A stretch of DNA of 64,000 bases from Podarcis pityusensis (Eukaryota): the NCBI GenBank assembly GCA_964106645.2, contig OZ067040.1; one strand, written 5' to 3'. How positions within the stretch are numbered: position 1 is the stretch's first letter; the number at the start of each line of letters is the position of its first letter. Both the position numbers and the translations under genes were made by a program. This document shows, piece after piece, positions 13,131 to 25,800 of the stretch. The notes beneath the pieces were generated by a model, which ran no database searches, was not told the origin of the DNA, and worked only from the letters and a program-made list of their open reading frames with translations.

Positions 13131-15184
13131 TCAGTTTCCAGGCTCTTTCCTTACTACTGTTGCTCTTCTTTCCTGCCAACTTACTCATGCCTGGTGTCCT
13201 CCTTCTACCTAAGTTCTCTCGCCTCTCATGCTACATCACTGGGGAAAGAGCACACCCTAATTGTGGCTCCACTATTCCTTCCTGGACTAATACTGTGTGT
13301 CAGGTCCAGTGTCCCCTCCACCCACTGAATCCCAGAGCTTTCCTTTTGATCGCTTTCTCTGCCTGTACACAAATTCATGCTCTTGAAGAAAATTCCTCTC
13401 AACAAATATTTGCTGTTGTCTACAGAGGCTTAGCCAGTTTATATTCTAAACCAGATTTGTTTAAATAGGTGGCTCTGAACAATGAAAGTTTCTCATATTT
13501 GGTTTAGCAGGGTGAACAGTGTGTGTAATGTAATACTGTTTCTGGAGCAAGAGGGCAGCATTGACTAAGTTTCTTTTCCCTATGTGGAGATCATTCCAAA
13601 GACATATTGCCCTGCTCTCAATTTCCTGAAGGCTGCTGCCTCAGCCACCCTTTCTAAACCGTTTAATTTACTATCTCCCTATCATCACAATGAAACGTTC
13701 AGTCCATATAAATTGTCCATCGAACACAGAGCACATCTGTTCACCGTACGTAGGGAATGAGAGATGGCTCCTTCTGGCCTGTCCAGATGTGTTTGAAAAA
13801 GGTCAATGACCTAGAGAAATAAGGAGCTCTACAGAAAGAGCAGATTAAAAAAGAAAAAGAAAAAATGTAGATCTATTCTTCAGACAAAAAGAGCAAAGCA
13901 CCTCACTTTTCATCACCCCCTGCCCCAGGATTCTGCTAGATTAAATCATTCTCTCTGACTGGAACAACGGAGGAAGAAGAAGATAAAAGAAATGAAATCA
14001 TCATCATCATTAATTATTTGCTTCATGCAAATCCCCAGAAGGCACATATTTAAATTACAAGCTAGATCTCCTGCAAGACATTTTGCCCCAGGAGTGGCTT
14101 CCTAAATGTTGTATGAGAGGAATTACCTGCTTGACATTCTTATGAGGACAGAGGATGTAAGGAGTCTAGGAATGTTTACAAGGCAGGATTTATAGGGTAC
14201 ACAGAGCCAGCTAGTCATCCGTCAAGGTTACCACCGGCTTGAGCAATCAGCTTAATGCATTTTAGTACAGTTATACAACTGTAACCATATAACCAGAAAT
14301 CTCCCCCTGTGTGAGTTAGAACCGGTGCATGATGCAGGAAACAAATTTCCTGGACAAAGATGAGTAGCGCTGTTTTGTTCAGGCTTTAATCCTGAACTCA
14401 GTCTAGAATATGCCACATGGAACTCAGTGGAATTGATTTGTGAATAAACATATTTAGGATAAAGCTGCAAAAGTTCTGTTTCTAGTAATCTGTCAGCCTC
14501 ATCCAGCGTTGACAGCTGAAGGGCCTCATCCCTGTTGCACTAAACCAAAAACATTGTCTCCTGCAGCTACAGAGGTTTCTACAGCCTCTCCCTTTCTCAT
14601 AACAGCACTTGTGTTCTTGCCATCCAGAGGCCAAACCCCAATAAAGTTATTTTCCCACATCATGTTGCCAGCTCAAGCAGAGATTCTTGAACTCTTCCCG
14701 AGAGCGGCCCTTTCCAAGCCAGGAAATGGCTATCCAAGCATCATTTTATACTGACAGGCTCAACTAGTAACGATCCTATCTTGTGATGAGCACAGGCCCA
14801 AAGACATGCAATGACTGAGAGGAAACACGATCACACGAAACACTACATGCTTGAAGGCACCAGGGGCATGTGAGTATGAGGGGAATAATGGCTGTCCCAT
14901 ATATCTTTTGTTTGTTTTTATTACTTAGTATTTTATAATAATGTTTGTTAAATGTTGAAAGCTGCCTTGAACCCCAACTTGGGAGAAAGGCAGTATAGAA
15001 ATACTACTTCTTCTTCTTCTACTACTACTAAATATCCTTCACAGCAGCAATGAAGGCAAGGACTGCCACACAGATTATTCAGCCAATAGGGACACTCAGG
15101 GCTCAGGAAGGCAGCCCAAGTTTCCTATGACAATTCCCTGTGTATCCATCAGGGCTGGCCCCAGAAGGCAAGGTGCATCGTACC

Positions 15185-15431
15185 TGTTAAGTTGTGGGTG
15201 AACATATCAGACGACACAGCGATTCTTCAAACAGCTCTTGTTTATTCACAGGCCAGAACAGAACTGAAGTGAAGGGTTCAGTCAGCCTGCTTATATAGAG
15301 CTCCAGTACAATGTAACTGTAACAATTTTCTAAAACTATCCAATCACTGGACGTCACTTTCGATCCCTTATTTGCATAACTATCTACACTATCCCCCTGC
15401 TGGCCCAGGGTGAGAACTTCAGTACATAACA
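15185..15431 (-). mobile_element. Solo LTR (247 bp)
   Basis: TGTTA...TAACA termini, 5-bp TSD GTACC (15180-15184, 15432-15436); on - strand an octamer, CRE-like site, TATATAA, then AATAAA in U3-R-U5 order. Confidence 0.85.
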
Positions 15432-15777
15432 GTACCAAAGGCTGGTCAAATTACTGGCTCCACAAACACCTCTCCTGTTCTCTGGCAGTAAAAGTAAAAT
15501 TTTTTTTATTAAGGCTGTAATCCTATACACACTGAACTGGGAGTAGGGATGGAGAAGTCATTCAATTCAGTTCGCATTTCAAGGCGAACCTATCTAAATC
15601 TCACTTGGTTACAGGTACCACTGTAATGTGAAAAGCGGAGTACTGAACAGAAGGTTGGAAATTGTAAGGTTGGTCCTTAAGGAGGCCTACCTCCACACAC
15701 TGAGAACCTCAGAGTTTTCTCACACAAGGAAATATTTGATTTCCAAAATCTGATCAATACACAACTATATTCCAATA

Positions 15778-16008
15778 CAGTGGTACCTTGGGTTAAGAAC
15801 TTAATTCGTTCTGGAGGTCCGTTCTTAACCTGAAACTGTTCTTAACCTGAGGTACCACTTTAGCTAATGGGGATTCCCACTGCCACCGTGTGATTTCTGT
15901 TCTCATCCTGAAGCAAAGTTCTTAACCCGAGGTACTATTTCTGGGTTAGCGGAGTCTGTAACCTGAAGTGTCTGTAACCTGAAGTGTATGTAACCCGAGG
16001 TACCACTG
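15778..16008. mobile_element. Tc1/mariner-pogo MITE
   Basis: TA-CAGTGGTACCT...AGGTACCACTG-TA; same family as 2349, opposite orientation. Confidence 0.9.
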
Positions 16009-17159
16009 TATAATATTAGAATCCACTTCCTGCACTACAAGTCATAGGCTTATATGAGACTGAGTTGTTTCATCTTCAGAATTTCCTTCAGTCTGGAACT
16101 TAGTCATCCAGTGCTATGTGGTTTTAATCTATTCTAACCCTTCTCCAACTTCGTTAAAACCCTAAAAACAAGGCAAGAAACATTAACCTACCTTTAGTGA
16201 GAGCTGAAGCTTGTTACTTAAAAGATACCATCTCCTTGCTTACAAAGTACCAGATGTTAAGCTGACACAACTGCATTTTGCATAAAAAGAAAAGGAACCA
16301 TTAATTGCTTCCACATTGTGAAAACAATTACGCTGGTGTTTGCAAACACAAGTCACAGAACACCCAGATCAATCAGCACAATGGCTCCAAAGATTTCCCT
16401 GGAGAGTTTTGAAGGGCAAAAAAACCGACTTGCATTTAGGCTGATAAGTATCAAACACCCAACCTGTTAGAAAAAGTTGCTGTTGCCAGGGTACCTCCCC
16501 AGTGCTAACAAAGCAGGTAAACTCTGTTGTAACACACAGTAATTTATTTTATATTGATAAATCTGCCATAGCACATGGTAGGTAACAGCAATTATACAAT
16601 AAAAAGTTACATCCAATGGGTTTAGTAGCTTAACTACTTAATCAGATAGGCTAGTCCTATACCCCTAATTCAGCCACAGCAGCTGGAGTAGCATGAAATT
16701 TATTCTAATTTCTAATTTCCCCACTCTTAAATTCAGTTCTCCAGATTCCCACATCACTGGAATTTTTGTGTGTGTGTGCAAAGCCTCTTGAAAATTAATC
16801 AGCATTTTAGTGCAAAATTATTTTTGTATGCAATCTTGCCCAGCGTACATATTTTTTTTTGCAAAGCAATTTCCCCTGATGTAAATAATTTTTTGTATTT
16901 TATATTAACTAATACATGCATTTTAGTGCATTTTTACCCCAATATAGGCATGTTTGTACAAGTTAGTTACTTGGCTTCCATTGCAAAGTTCAGAGAAGTG
17001 TGAATTTCCATGACTGTGTTTCAGAAGGTGTGAGATTAGGTAGGTTCATATTTAAATGCAATCTGAATTGAATTTAACCCCCATTGCTAAGTCACTTTGT
17101 TGCCTCAAACAGAGGCGCCCAAGGTAGCTCACATAAAAGCTAGCAAATTTGCTTCAACA

Positions 17160-17440
17160 TCTGTTGCTCCACAGGGTAAGACCCAAACCAATGAGCTCAA
17201 ATTACAAGAAAAGGGATTTGACTGAACATTAGGAAGAATTTCCTGATTGTATGAGCTGTTTGACAGCAGTACAGGCTGTCTTGCAAGGCGGTGGGCTCTC
17301 CTTTATGGGAGGAGGGGTTGTTGAACAGAGGTTGAGTGGCCACCTACACCTTTCAGAGAAAGCTCTAGCAGTGGATTCCTTGCATTGAGAGTGAGATGGA
17401 ATAGATGACCTAGAGGTCTCTTTCAGATTCTGGGATTCTA
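17160..17440 (+). mobile_element. CR1 LINE 3' end
   Basis: AATTACAAGAAAAGGGATTTGACTGAACATTAGGAAGAATTTCCTGA...TAGATGACC...ATTCTGGGATTCTA tail. Confidence 0.8.
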
Positions 17441-17476
17441 AAGGCCAAACTACACATTACACTTGATATGTAGAGG

Positions 17477-17650
17477 CAGTGCTTTTTTTCTGGGGGGGAC
17501 GGGACGCATACCCCTAAACATTTTGTGAATCTTTGTACTTTTGTCCATTTACTATATTTACGGTATTTCCTCCAATTTGAACGATAAAATGGTGATTTTC
17601 TTGAGTCAAAATGAGAGTTCCTCTAAACATTTTTTTTAAAAAAAGCACTG
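17477..17650. mobile_element. hAT MITE with CAGTGCTTT TIR
   Basis: Same family as 12823 (shared ATACCCCTAAACATTTTGTGAATCT); TSD degenerate. Confidence 0.8.
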
Positions 17651-18116
17651 TGTATCGTGAAGTTATGTCTCCAAGTTTTATATATTTCTATAATTGCAGG
17701 TTGCCCATAATTCTGACTGTTTTCGGGATCACAGCATCTGAAGAGTGGAGAAGACGTTTATCCCTTCCTGCCCTGCTATGCAACTACAAGGATTAAGAAA
17801 ACATTTCCATTAGCATCTATGGGGCTTTTTTCCTTATTGTTGTAGCTGTGCTGGAGGCAGTGCAGTTTTTGACCTAATCTTGGCTTGGAAGGAAGAATAA
17901 ACCTCCTCTCCCTGTGCCTTGTGATCCTGATAACAATTGTTCCTTCTGCTCCTGTTATTAATTAAAATAAAACTGAAGCTATAGCTGCATGCTGTACGCT
18001 AAGCCTTATGTGTGGCTTGGACCTCAGTGTGCCTGGGACTGCGCTCTCAGTTAACCTTATGCAATGCCTCTTGCTACCCATAGGTGGCAGCAAAGCGAGG
18101 CAGATACCCCATAGAG

Positions 18117-18252
18117 CAGGCATGGCCAAACTTGGCCCTCCAGATGTTTTGGGACTACGATTCCCATCATCCCTGGCCACTGGTCCTCTTAGCTAGGGAT
18201 GGCGGGAGTTGCAGTCCCAAAACATCTGGAGGGCCAAGTTTGGACATGCTTG
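18117..18252. mobile_element. Palindromic hAT MITE
   Basis: Same core family as 9704; TSD CCATAGAG. Confidence 0.88.
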
Positions 18253-19377
18253 CCATAGAGCATATCCTTCCTCTCAATTCTTGATCCCTGTGATTGCTGG
18301 CACTTTCATATACAAATTATAACAATGATAAACTGGGAATTAAAACAAGTCTGCAGTCCTAAGCATACAAACTTGAAAGTTAACACCATCAAAGTATTTA
18401 AGAGTTACCTCAGATAGAATTTGTTTAGGATGGGGGCACTACCATGATATATACTGTAGTTGCTCTTTCAGGAATATCTTGCTCCCACCTATGAAATACA
18501 CTGTTCCCCTACTGCCCTGCTCCTCCATTCCATCCTCTCGCCCCCCTCAGAAGCTGCCACTGCTTACTCCCTGGTGCAAAATTGCACAGCAGAAGGCAAT
18601 CTTTACATGCTACACCTATGAACCACATTTCCTGGGGCACTAGAATGCTCTGAGGACCCAGTAAAGTCCCGCCCCCCCATGCATGAATAGCTTCACATGT
18701 GAGAAGGGTTTTCTTTCTCTCCAAACCACATAATCCTATGCCACTTAACGTACTCAAAACTTGTTCTGCTTTTTGGGAACGTGATTTCATTTGCCCTTGC
18801 ACTCCATCAAAATGTAATAGAAATAAAAAGGCCATATAACACCCATTAAAGTATATTAAAACAGATTGTGTTTGCCTAGGAAACATCCTGTGCCTGCTTT
18901 TGTAACTGTCAGCTGCGTTTGGACAGCAAACTGATGCACTCTGCTTAACAGAACACTCCAGATAAGGGAGTCTCAATCCTGCTCACCATGATCATTTGTT
19001 TTTGATGAACATTTTCTACTTGCCAAGGCCCTGCGCGCATAAAACACTCGTCGCATGGAAGCTGCTGTAAATCACTCTCCAGGGAGCTTTTCTCCACACA
19101 GTGAGTTTTTCAGGTGCAATGCTTGCCCATCTGCTTTAGAAGTCAAATAAAATGATGGAATTGCATTAACGAAGTTGGTCAATGTGGGTGGTCAGCTGGC
19201 ATATACAATGGTTTGTTATTGTTGTTGTGGTTTTTTTTTAAAAAAAATAAAAACCCACTAAGGTCTTCCTTTCTTTTACACTGTTATACTGGAGGGTGGG
19301 AATTTTCCATAAGGCTCACCATCACCCACCTAGTGTCACATTGTATATTGCACTTAAAACACACTTAAAACATTTTA

Positions 19378-19620
19378 CAGTCGTACCTTGGAAGTTGAAC
19401 GGCATCCGTTCCAGAAGTCCATTCAACTTCCAAAACATTTGGATACCAAAGCGCGTTTTTTGATTGGCTGCAGGAAGCTCCTGCAGCCAATCAGAAGCCG
19501 TGGAAGCCCCGTTGGTAGTTCGGCTTCCAAAATTAGTTCGCAAACTGAAACAGTCACTTCCGGGTTTGCGATGTTAGGGAGCCAAAATGTTCAGGAACTA
19601 AGCTGTTCGACTTCCAAGGT
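19378..19620. mobile_element. Tigger/pogo-like MITE (CAGTCGTACCTTGG TIR), right end clipped
   Basis: TA-CAGTCGTACCTTGGAAGTTGAAC ... GTTCGACTTCCAAGGT; central hairpin GATTGGCTGCAGGA/TCCTGCAGCCAATC. Confidence 0.8.
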
Positions 19621-19813
19621 GTATTTGCAGCTGTATAGCTGAGTCCCAAATCAGTTTGCATTTTTTAAAAAAGGTCTGCGTTAAAATTCTTACAGAATTT
19701 CATGTGAATTTCACAAAATATATGCATTTTTGCAAGCAATTTCCCTATTATAGGGAAATTGTAGTATATCATTTCACAAATATAAGCATGTTAATGTACA
19801 GTTCCCCCTAATA

Positions 19814-20055
19814 CAGTGGTACCTCGGGTTAAGTACTTAATTTGTTCCAGAGGTCTGTTCTTAACCTGAAACTGTTCTTAACCTGAAGCACCACTTTAGC
19901 TAATGGGGCCTCCTGCTGCTGCCGGGCCGCCGGAGCACGATTTCTGTTCTCATCCTGAAGCAAAGTTCTTAACCTGAAGCACTATTTCTGGGTTAGCGGA
20001 GTGTGTAACCTGAGGCATATGTAACCTGAAGCGTATGTAACCCGAGGTACCACTG
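19814..20055. mobile_element. Tc1/mariner-pogo MITE
   Basis: TA-CAGTGGTACCTCGGGTTA...TAACCCGAGGTACCACTG-TA; inserted in an older AT-rich repeat (~19620-20232). Confidence 0.92.
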
Positions 20056-21470
20056 TATACACTTTTATGGTAGGCATTTTTTAGCTGGAGAAAAGAATCA
20101 CAATAGTCAGAGAAGTTTGAATTTTAAAGATGAATTTTAAAGAACAAGTGTGCTTTGGTTTGTGTATCCGTTCAGAAAGTATGAATTAAGTAGGTTCACA
20201 TTAAACGAACCAATTTTCCACCCCACATCCCTACTGGCGCCATCATTTGAATCAAGAGAGAAACAAAAATATAGCCAATGAAAAAGAACATTCAGCAAAA
20301 ACTTTTTCCCAACACAATATAAAACACAACAGGGTAGCTTTTTTACTTCACTCTTTAATATACTGTTAGCTACATATGCTCTACTGTGTTTTGCTGTTGC
20401 TAAGCTGGGGGTATAAGTCCATTAACTATTTCAAATATTTCTCATGCGACCCCCTTAAGGAGCTCATATCTGCAATTAAAAGAGACAGTTCCTGTTCTGA
20501 ATTAGATGTATGTTTATATGAGCGTACAGCTCGATTTCATGCATGTTTACTTGGAAGGAAATCCTACTGAATTCAATGGGACTCACTTCCAATAAAGTGA
20601 ACAAACATTTGAGGTTCACGTGGGCAAGATTGCCTCTCAGTGTAATGACCCTCTGATAAAACAATGCTGCTCTGATCTCTTTTGGGAAGGATGGGACACA
20701 GATGCGGCACATAAAATCAAGAGTGCTATGCCATTAACATAAGAGAAAATGCTTCTAAAGCTGAATTTAGCACCCTAAAATGAAGCAGCGTTATGTGCTT
20801 TCTAAGGCTGTTGTTTTAAATGTCCCTGCTATGGAGAAAGTGCCATTCAATTTAGTGGGACTTACTTCTGAGTAAAAAGGCACAAGGTTGGTCTGATATA
20901 TAAACAATAATATGTTCAGGTCCTTTGTTTTTGAAAGTGCATACCCAGTCTGTACATAAAAGGTACTGAAGAATTTTGGGTGCCAGTATTGGGGAAAGGT
21001 ATTAGCAAATTAAATCATTTAATCCCAGTCTCTACAACTCTCTGACATCCAGGAGGCTCAAGTTTCTTCTGATGTGATCACAAGATTGAACCACAAGACT
21101 GGGGAAGGGGGAGTATGGATTGGATTTCAGGAACAGGGCAAAGCTTTCTCTGAAGCCAATGCTCCCTTTCTTACATCTTGAAAACCAGAAGGAATACCCC
21201 TTCCTCATCACCAGTTTTATTCTGTAGGCCTTTCTAAATACCTTTTGTGCAATAAATGTGAAATTGTTGCTCATTTGATGGAAGACAGGACATGTCTCCC
21301 ATCAAAGCTGTGCTTCTGTGGCAGGGATGCCATATTTTTTTGAGGAAAGCGTCCATTGCTGTGGCCAGGCACTAGTCCAGCATCTTCAAACCCTCACCAG
21401 GCTCTGGTGAGGAGAAATAAAGTTGTGTGTCATCTGCATATTGATGACAACACAGACCAAACCCCTCTAG

Positions 21471-21711
21471 CCAGAGAGCCAGTGTGGTGTAGTAGTTAAG
21501 AGCAGTGGACTTGTAACCTGGTGAACCGGGTTCGATTCCCTGCTCCTCCACATGCAGCTGCTGGGTGACCTTGGGCCAGTCACACTTCTCTGAAGTCTCT
21601 CAGCCCCACTCACCTCACAGAGTGTTTGTTGTGGGGTAGGAAGGGAAAGGAGATTGTTAGCTGCTTTGAGACTCCTTAGGGTAGTGATAAAGCAGGATAC
21701 CAAATCCAAAT
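21471..21711 (+). mobile_element. tRNA-derived SINE (Squam3-like)
   Basis: A box TGGTGTAGTAG and B box GGTTCGATTCC; CORE-like body; 14-bp TSD CCAAACCCCTCTAG (21457-21470, 21712-21725). Confidence 0.88.
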
Positions 21712-22554
21712 CCAAACCCCTCTAGGACTTTGCTCAGCAATTTCATGTAGATGCTGAACATCACAGGGATAAAATAGAAACTTGCGCTATTGGTTTGAGC
21801 AGAAACTCCTCAGTACCATCTTCTGGAAAGAGCTGTCCAGCTGAACTGCCACAAGGCAGACCACAACCAACTGGATCTGGCCAGTCACTACTGACTGATT
21901 GAATGTAGGTTGGTTGCCATAGGAAACAACTCCAATAAAACAACTCCAATAAAATATTTGAGCCCCCCCCCCATTTGACGGGCATTGCCATTCAAATGGT
22001 GCGCGCGCACTGTGTCATGTGATCGATTTCACGGGATGGCGCTTACCTGCCCCTCCCCTATTTTATTCAAGTTGTTCTGCCAACCCCTGCATTCATTTCA
22101 GGACATTGTGAGCAGCATACCAGCATTTTTTGCACAGTAACTTTATATTTTCCTTAGTGGCAACAGATGATTTGGGAATAAAGTTCCCTGGAAAGAGCTG
22201 AATAAAGTAAAAAGAATGAGAAAACTACATGTAACCACATACTTTAATTAAGGCAGTTCTTTGGCGCCTATTGCCTGTCTTCTCCTGGACCTGGGCATGA
22301 TAATCACACTCTTTGGGCACACAGCCTTCCTATATCATGCCAAAAGAAGGCAGTGAAAACATGCTATACAACTCCTCAGCACAGATGTTCTGATCATGAC
22401 CCACTGGCCTGCTGGGGTTTGTTTGCTGAAATGTTACTACAGGGGTTCCAGATGTTGAATGCATCCAGGGCACTGCAGCATTTAGAATTACCCACCTCGT
22501 CTTTTCATGGAAACTGAAGAAACATGGCAATATGTGCTTCCTGGGGGTTTGTTC

Positions 22555-22556
<2 letters not shown>

Positions 22557-22594
<38 letters not shown>
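22557..22594. repeat. (TG)n microsatellite
   Basis: Direct read; (CA)n tracts also near 44975-44995 and 57117-57140. Confidence 0.95.
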
Positions 22595-22596
<2 letters not shown>

Positions 22597-22768
22597 GTTT
22601 GTGTGTGTACAACAAGCCCACAATTTACACACATTTAAATTGTGCACATTCAGCTTTATGAGCTTGGCAAATTTTTTAAAAAGCGGGCAGGCATCCAGGG
22701 GAAAAAGACTTTGGCAATCCCACCTGCCACTGAACCCAGTGTATTTTGAGTATACATAATTTTGGCTT

Positions 22769-22882
22769 GAGTTTGACCAAACTGCGGGAGGCAGTGGAAG
22801 ACAGGAGTGCCTGGCGTGCTCTGGTCCATGTGGTCACAAAGAGTCGGACATGACTAAACGACTAAACAACAACAACAACAAC
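22769..22882 (+). mobile_element. BovB (RTE) LINE 3' end, 5'-truncated
   Basis: GGAGTGCCTGGCGTGCTCTGGTCCATG...AAGAGTCGGACATGACTAAACGACTAAAC(AAC)n; TSD TTTGGCTT (22761-22768, 22883-22890). Confidence 0.88.
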
Positions 22883-25800
22883 TTTGGCTTTAGGTGCAAT
22901 CTCTGGAACATAAACCTCATGTAAATTGCAGGTGTGTGTATATAACAAAAGTAGCAATGTGATTTGCAGAGTAATTGCTATACGGAGAAACTGGTTGCCA
23001 ACTTTTGATTTGAAAAAAATTACTCCTCCTCCAGGCAGAACCAAAGGGCTGCACTTAGGATGGTGGACTGGGTGGGGCAGGGGCTTTGCCCTGACCCATC
23101 AGGATCTTCCTGGGTCAACAGCAGAGTGTGGCAAAACCTGGAGTTTTCTAGCTCTTCCAACTGCAGTGATGGTGTGGTGGGCCAATAAAATCCTGTCCTA
23201 CGGGAATGGATAATGTGATAATAGCTTTCTAAAGCATATTTTATAATAAAGGAATTGCCACCTAAATGCAAACTATGAGCACAAGAAGTAAAATATGTTA
23301 AGTGGAGGACTTACTAAAAAACTAATAATGGAGAACTGACCATGGGAATGCATTATTTCCTTCTAACTGGCCACTATGTGAAAACAAGGGTAATTTGCTG
23401 ACTTGTACATTGGTTTTTAAAGACTCTCTCTAAATGGTATGGTATTGCCCTTTCAAATTGCAATTGAAAAGCATTAAACACCCATCCATCCATCTATTTA
23501 TTTATTTATTTATTTATTTGAGGATGGATGGTGTGGGGTGGGGAATTTAGCCAATGTATTTCAATGAAGGGCAACACCTTTCTGTTTAGCCATGTGGAGA
23601 CTATAGCAAAGAACTACTGTGAGGGCAGCCATGCAGTTTTGGGTATTATTAATTTAATGACCATGTGGGTATCCAGTTCATTCCTATTTATTTAAAGCAC
23701 ATAGCTTTCCCCAGAGAACCATGTGAACTGTAGTTTGTTAAGAGTGCTTGGAATTGTAGCTCTGTGAGGAGGAAACTACAGCTTCCAGGATTTTGGGGGG
23801 AAGCTATATGCTTTAAATGTATGGTGTGGATGTAATGTCATTCCTTACTTCACACTTACTACTACTACTACTACTACTACTAATTGTCTCAGCCACTCTG
23901 GGTGGCTTCCAACACATAATCAACACTATTTGAATTAATTAAATACATGTTTGGAAGTGTAAGACTTATGTCTGACTTTGTTTTTCTTACCAAAAAAGGA
24001 TGGCATAGCTTAGCACTGAAAGATGTAACTCTGAATGGTATCACAAATGAAATGAGAAAAAAAAAGTGGAACACTGACTTCAAGTAAACTGATATAAAAG
24101 AAAAGACTTTTAAACAGCATGGAAAATCTAAAGGCTTAAATGTCCCTTTAAAATATAATGAAAAATAATTAGGAATCTAGTTAGTAGCTTAAACTGAATG
24201 AAATCGGTAGAACCGTCATGAGGGGATTGAGTACTTTTAGAGATTGTACTCATGTATTTGGAGCACAATGCCCCTTTATTTGAAAAGGAAAGCAGTTATC
24301 GTAATCAAGCCATGATGCAAAATGGTGACGTACGGATGGGAAGCCTGATTATGGAGTCTGAAAAAAGTGAGGTAGAAACCTGGAATAACACAGAGAAGCC
24401 AGAGGTATACTGGGAAGACCAGAGAACAAATAAAGGAGAAGAAATGAACATGGATAAAAGATGCCCTCTGTCCCTTGGTAACAAATGTTTGGTTTGAGTT
24501 AGTCTGCAAAACATTTTGTGTTTGTTTTATACAGAGCTATGCACATTAATTTTTTTTATTGTACTCCCTTTTCAAATTCATTGCTAAGAGGTGTGAGAAA
24601 AATCCCCAGTGGTTTATGGGGTGAGGTAGGAGGTGTTATTGAGGAAAAGCCCAGTTCCCCCATAGGCTGAGCTCTGTTTTATATTGTACACTAGCAACTG
24701 TACAGCGAGAGTGTATTCCTAGAGAATGTGCTTGGTTCCTCCTCTTTGAAGTAAATCTTAAGAGTTTCTTGGTAATAAAACAAACAGTGTGTTCCTAGCA
24801 CATTGTCAGATAGCCAAAGAACAAAGTGCTACAAATAAAAAACATAAGTATATGCTTGAAACACACTCCTTCAGTACTGAGGGAAGGGAAATGGCAAGTC
24901 TCTCCAAGAAGCTTTTCTTCTCATATTCTGTGGCATCTTTTTTCCTTGACTTTGTATTTAGTAACAAGTTCCTGCTGAATAAATCAGCCCGTTCTAGAGC
25001 AGGAACTCTATACACACACTGAAGAGCACACACAATGAAGAGCACGCAATGAAGAGCAATTATGCCGCAGAACGAGCAAAGTTGTACAAAATGGCTCAAT
25101 ATATTTATTCCAAGCCATGGTGGGAAGACATGTAATGCAGCAATTTTGCTGAAGCTGATCAAGTCTGGAGCTGGTCAATGATTGGCTATGATATAGCTTC
25201 AGAGCTCCATGTATGTCTCCTTCAGTTCCACTGTAGATGGGATATAACTGTATAAATGTAATGCATTTTTTGTAAAATCTGGAATGTACTGCAGACTCTC
25301 CTGTTCTCTTACACCCATATTCCTCTCTACCTTTCTTGGTTTTCTGACATGTGAATTGGATAAACTATAGTTAGTGCTACTGGGATTGTCTCCAAACAAT
25401 AGATTACAAACCTGTTTCAACAAACCTATTTGGAGGCAGTCTAGTTAGTTTGATCAGTTTGCCTGATTTGGATGTCATGGCAAATTATGGTCAAACCATG
25501 AAAAGAACAGGAGAATCAGCAGGCAAAAGCAGAGGAGAGGAATGAGACATGATATTTTGTGATGTGCTCCCAATCATTGTTCAGATGATTATCAGTGTGA
25601 CATCTTAAAAGAGACAATACTATTAGCATACGTAAGCTAGCTGTCCCATAAAACCATTTTATTCAGACAAACCATGATATAAACCAAGCCCACATCACAT
25701 CTGAATATTGTTTTCTATGCTCATTTCTCTCCCCCCCCCCCAACATTTATGGCTCTTTGCTTCTCATGTTCACAGCTTACCAGATGAATCCTTGATTTGG

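Noticed and set aside
15930-16008. Regularly spaced GTAACCTGAAG repeats resembling a CRISPR array
   Set aside because: Subterminal repeats of a MITE family, recurring in every copy; eukaryotic context
21478-21550. tRNA-like A/B boxes
   Set aside because: Head of a SINE with body, tail and TSD, not a tRNA gene
24241-24477. Plus-strand exon-like open block (MYLEHNAPLFEKESS...)
   Set aside because: Has AG/GT-like borders, but no partner exons or recognisable protein; cannot be supported without a search
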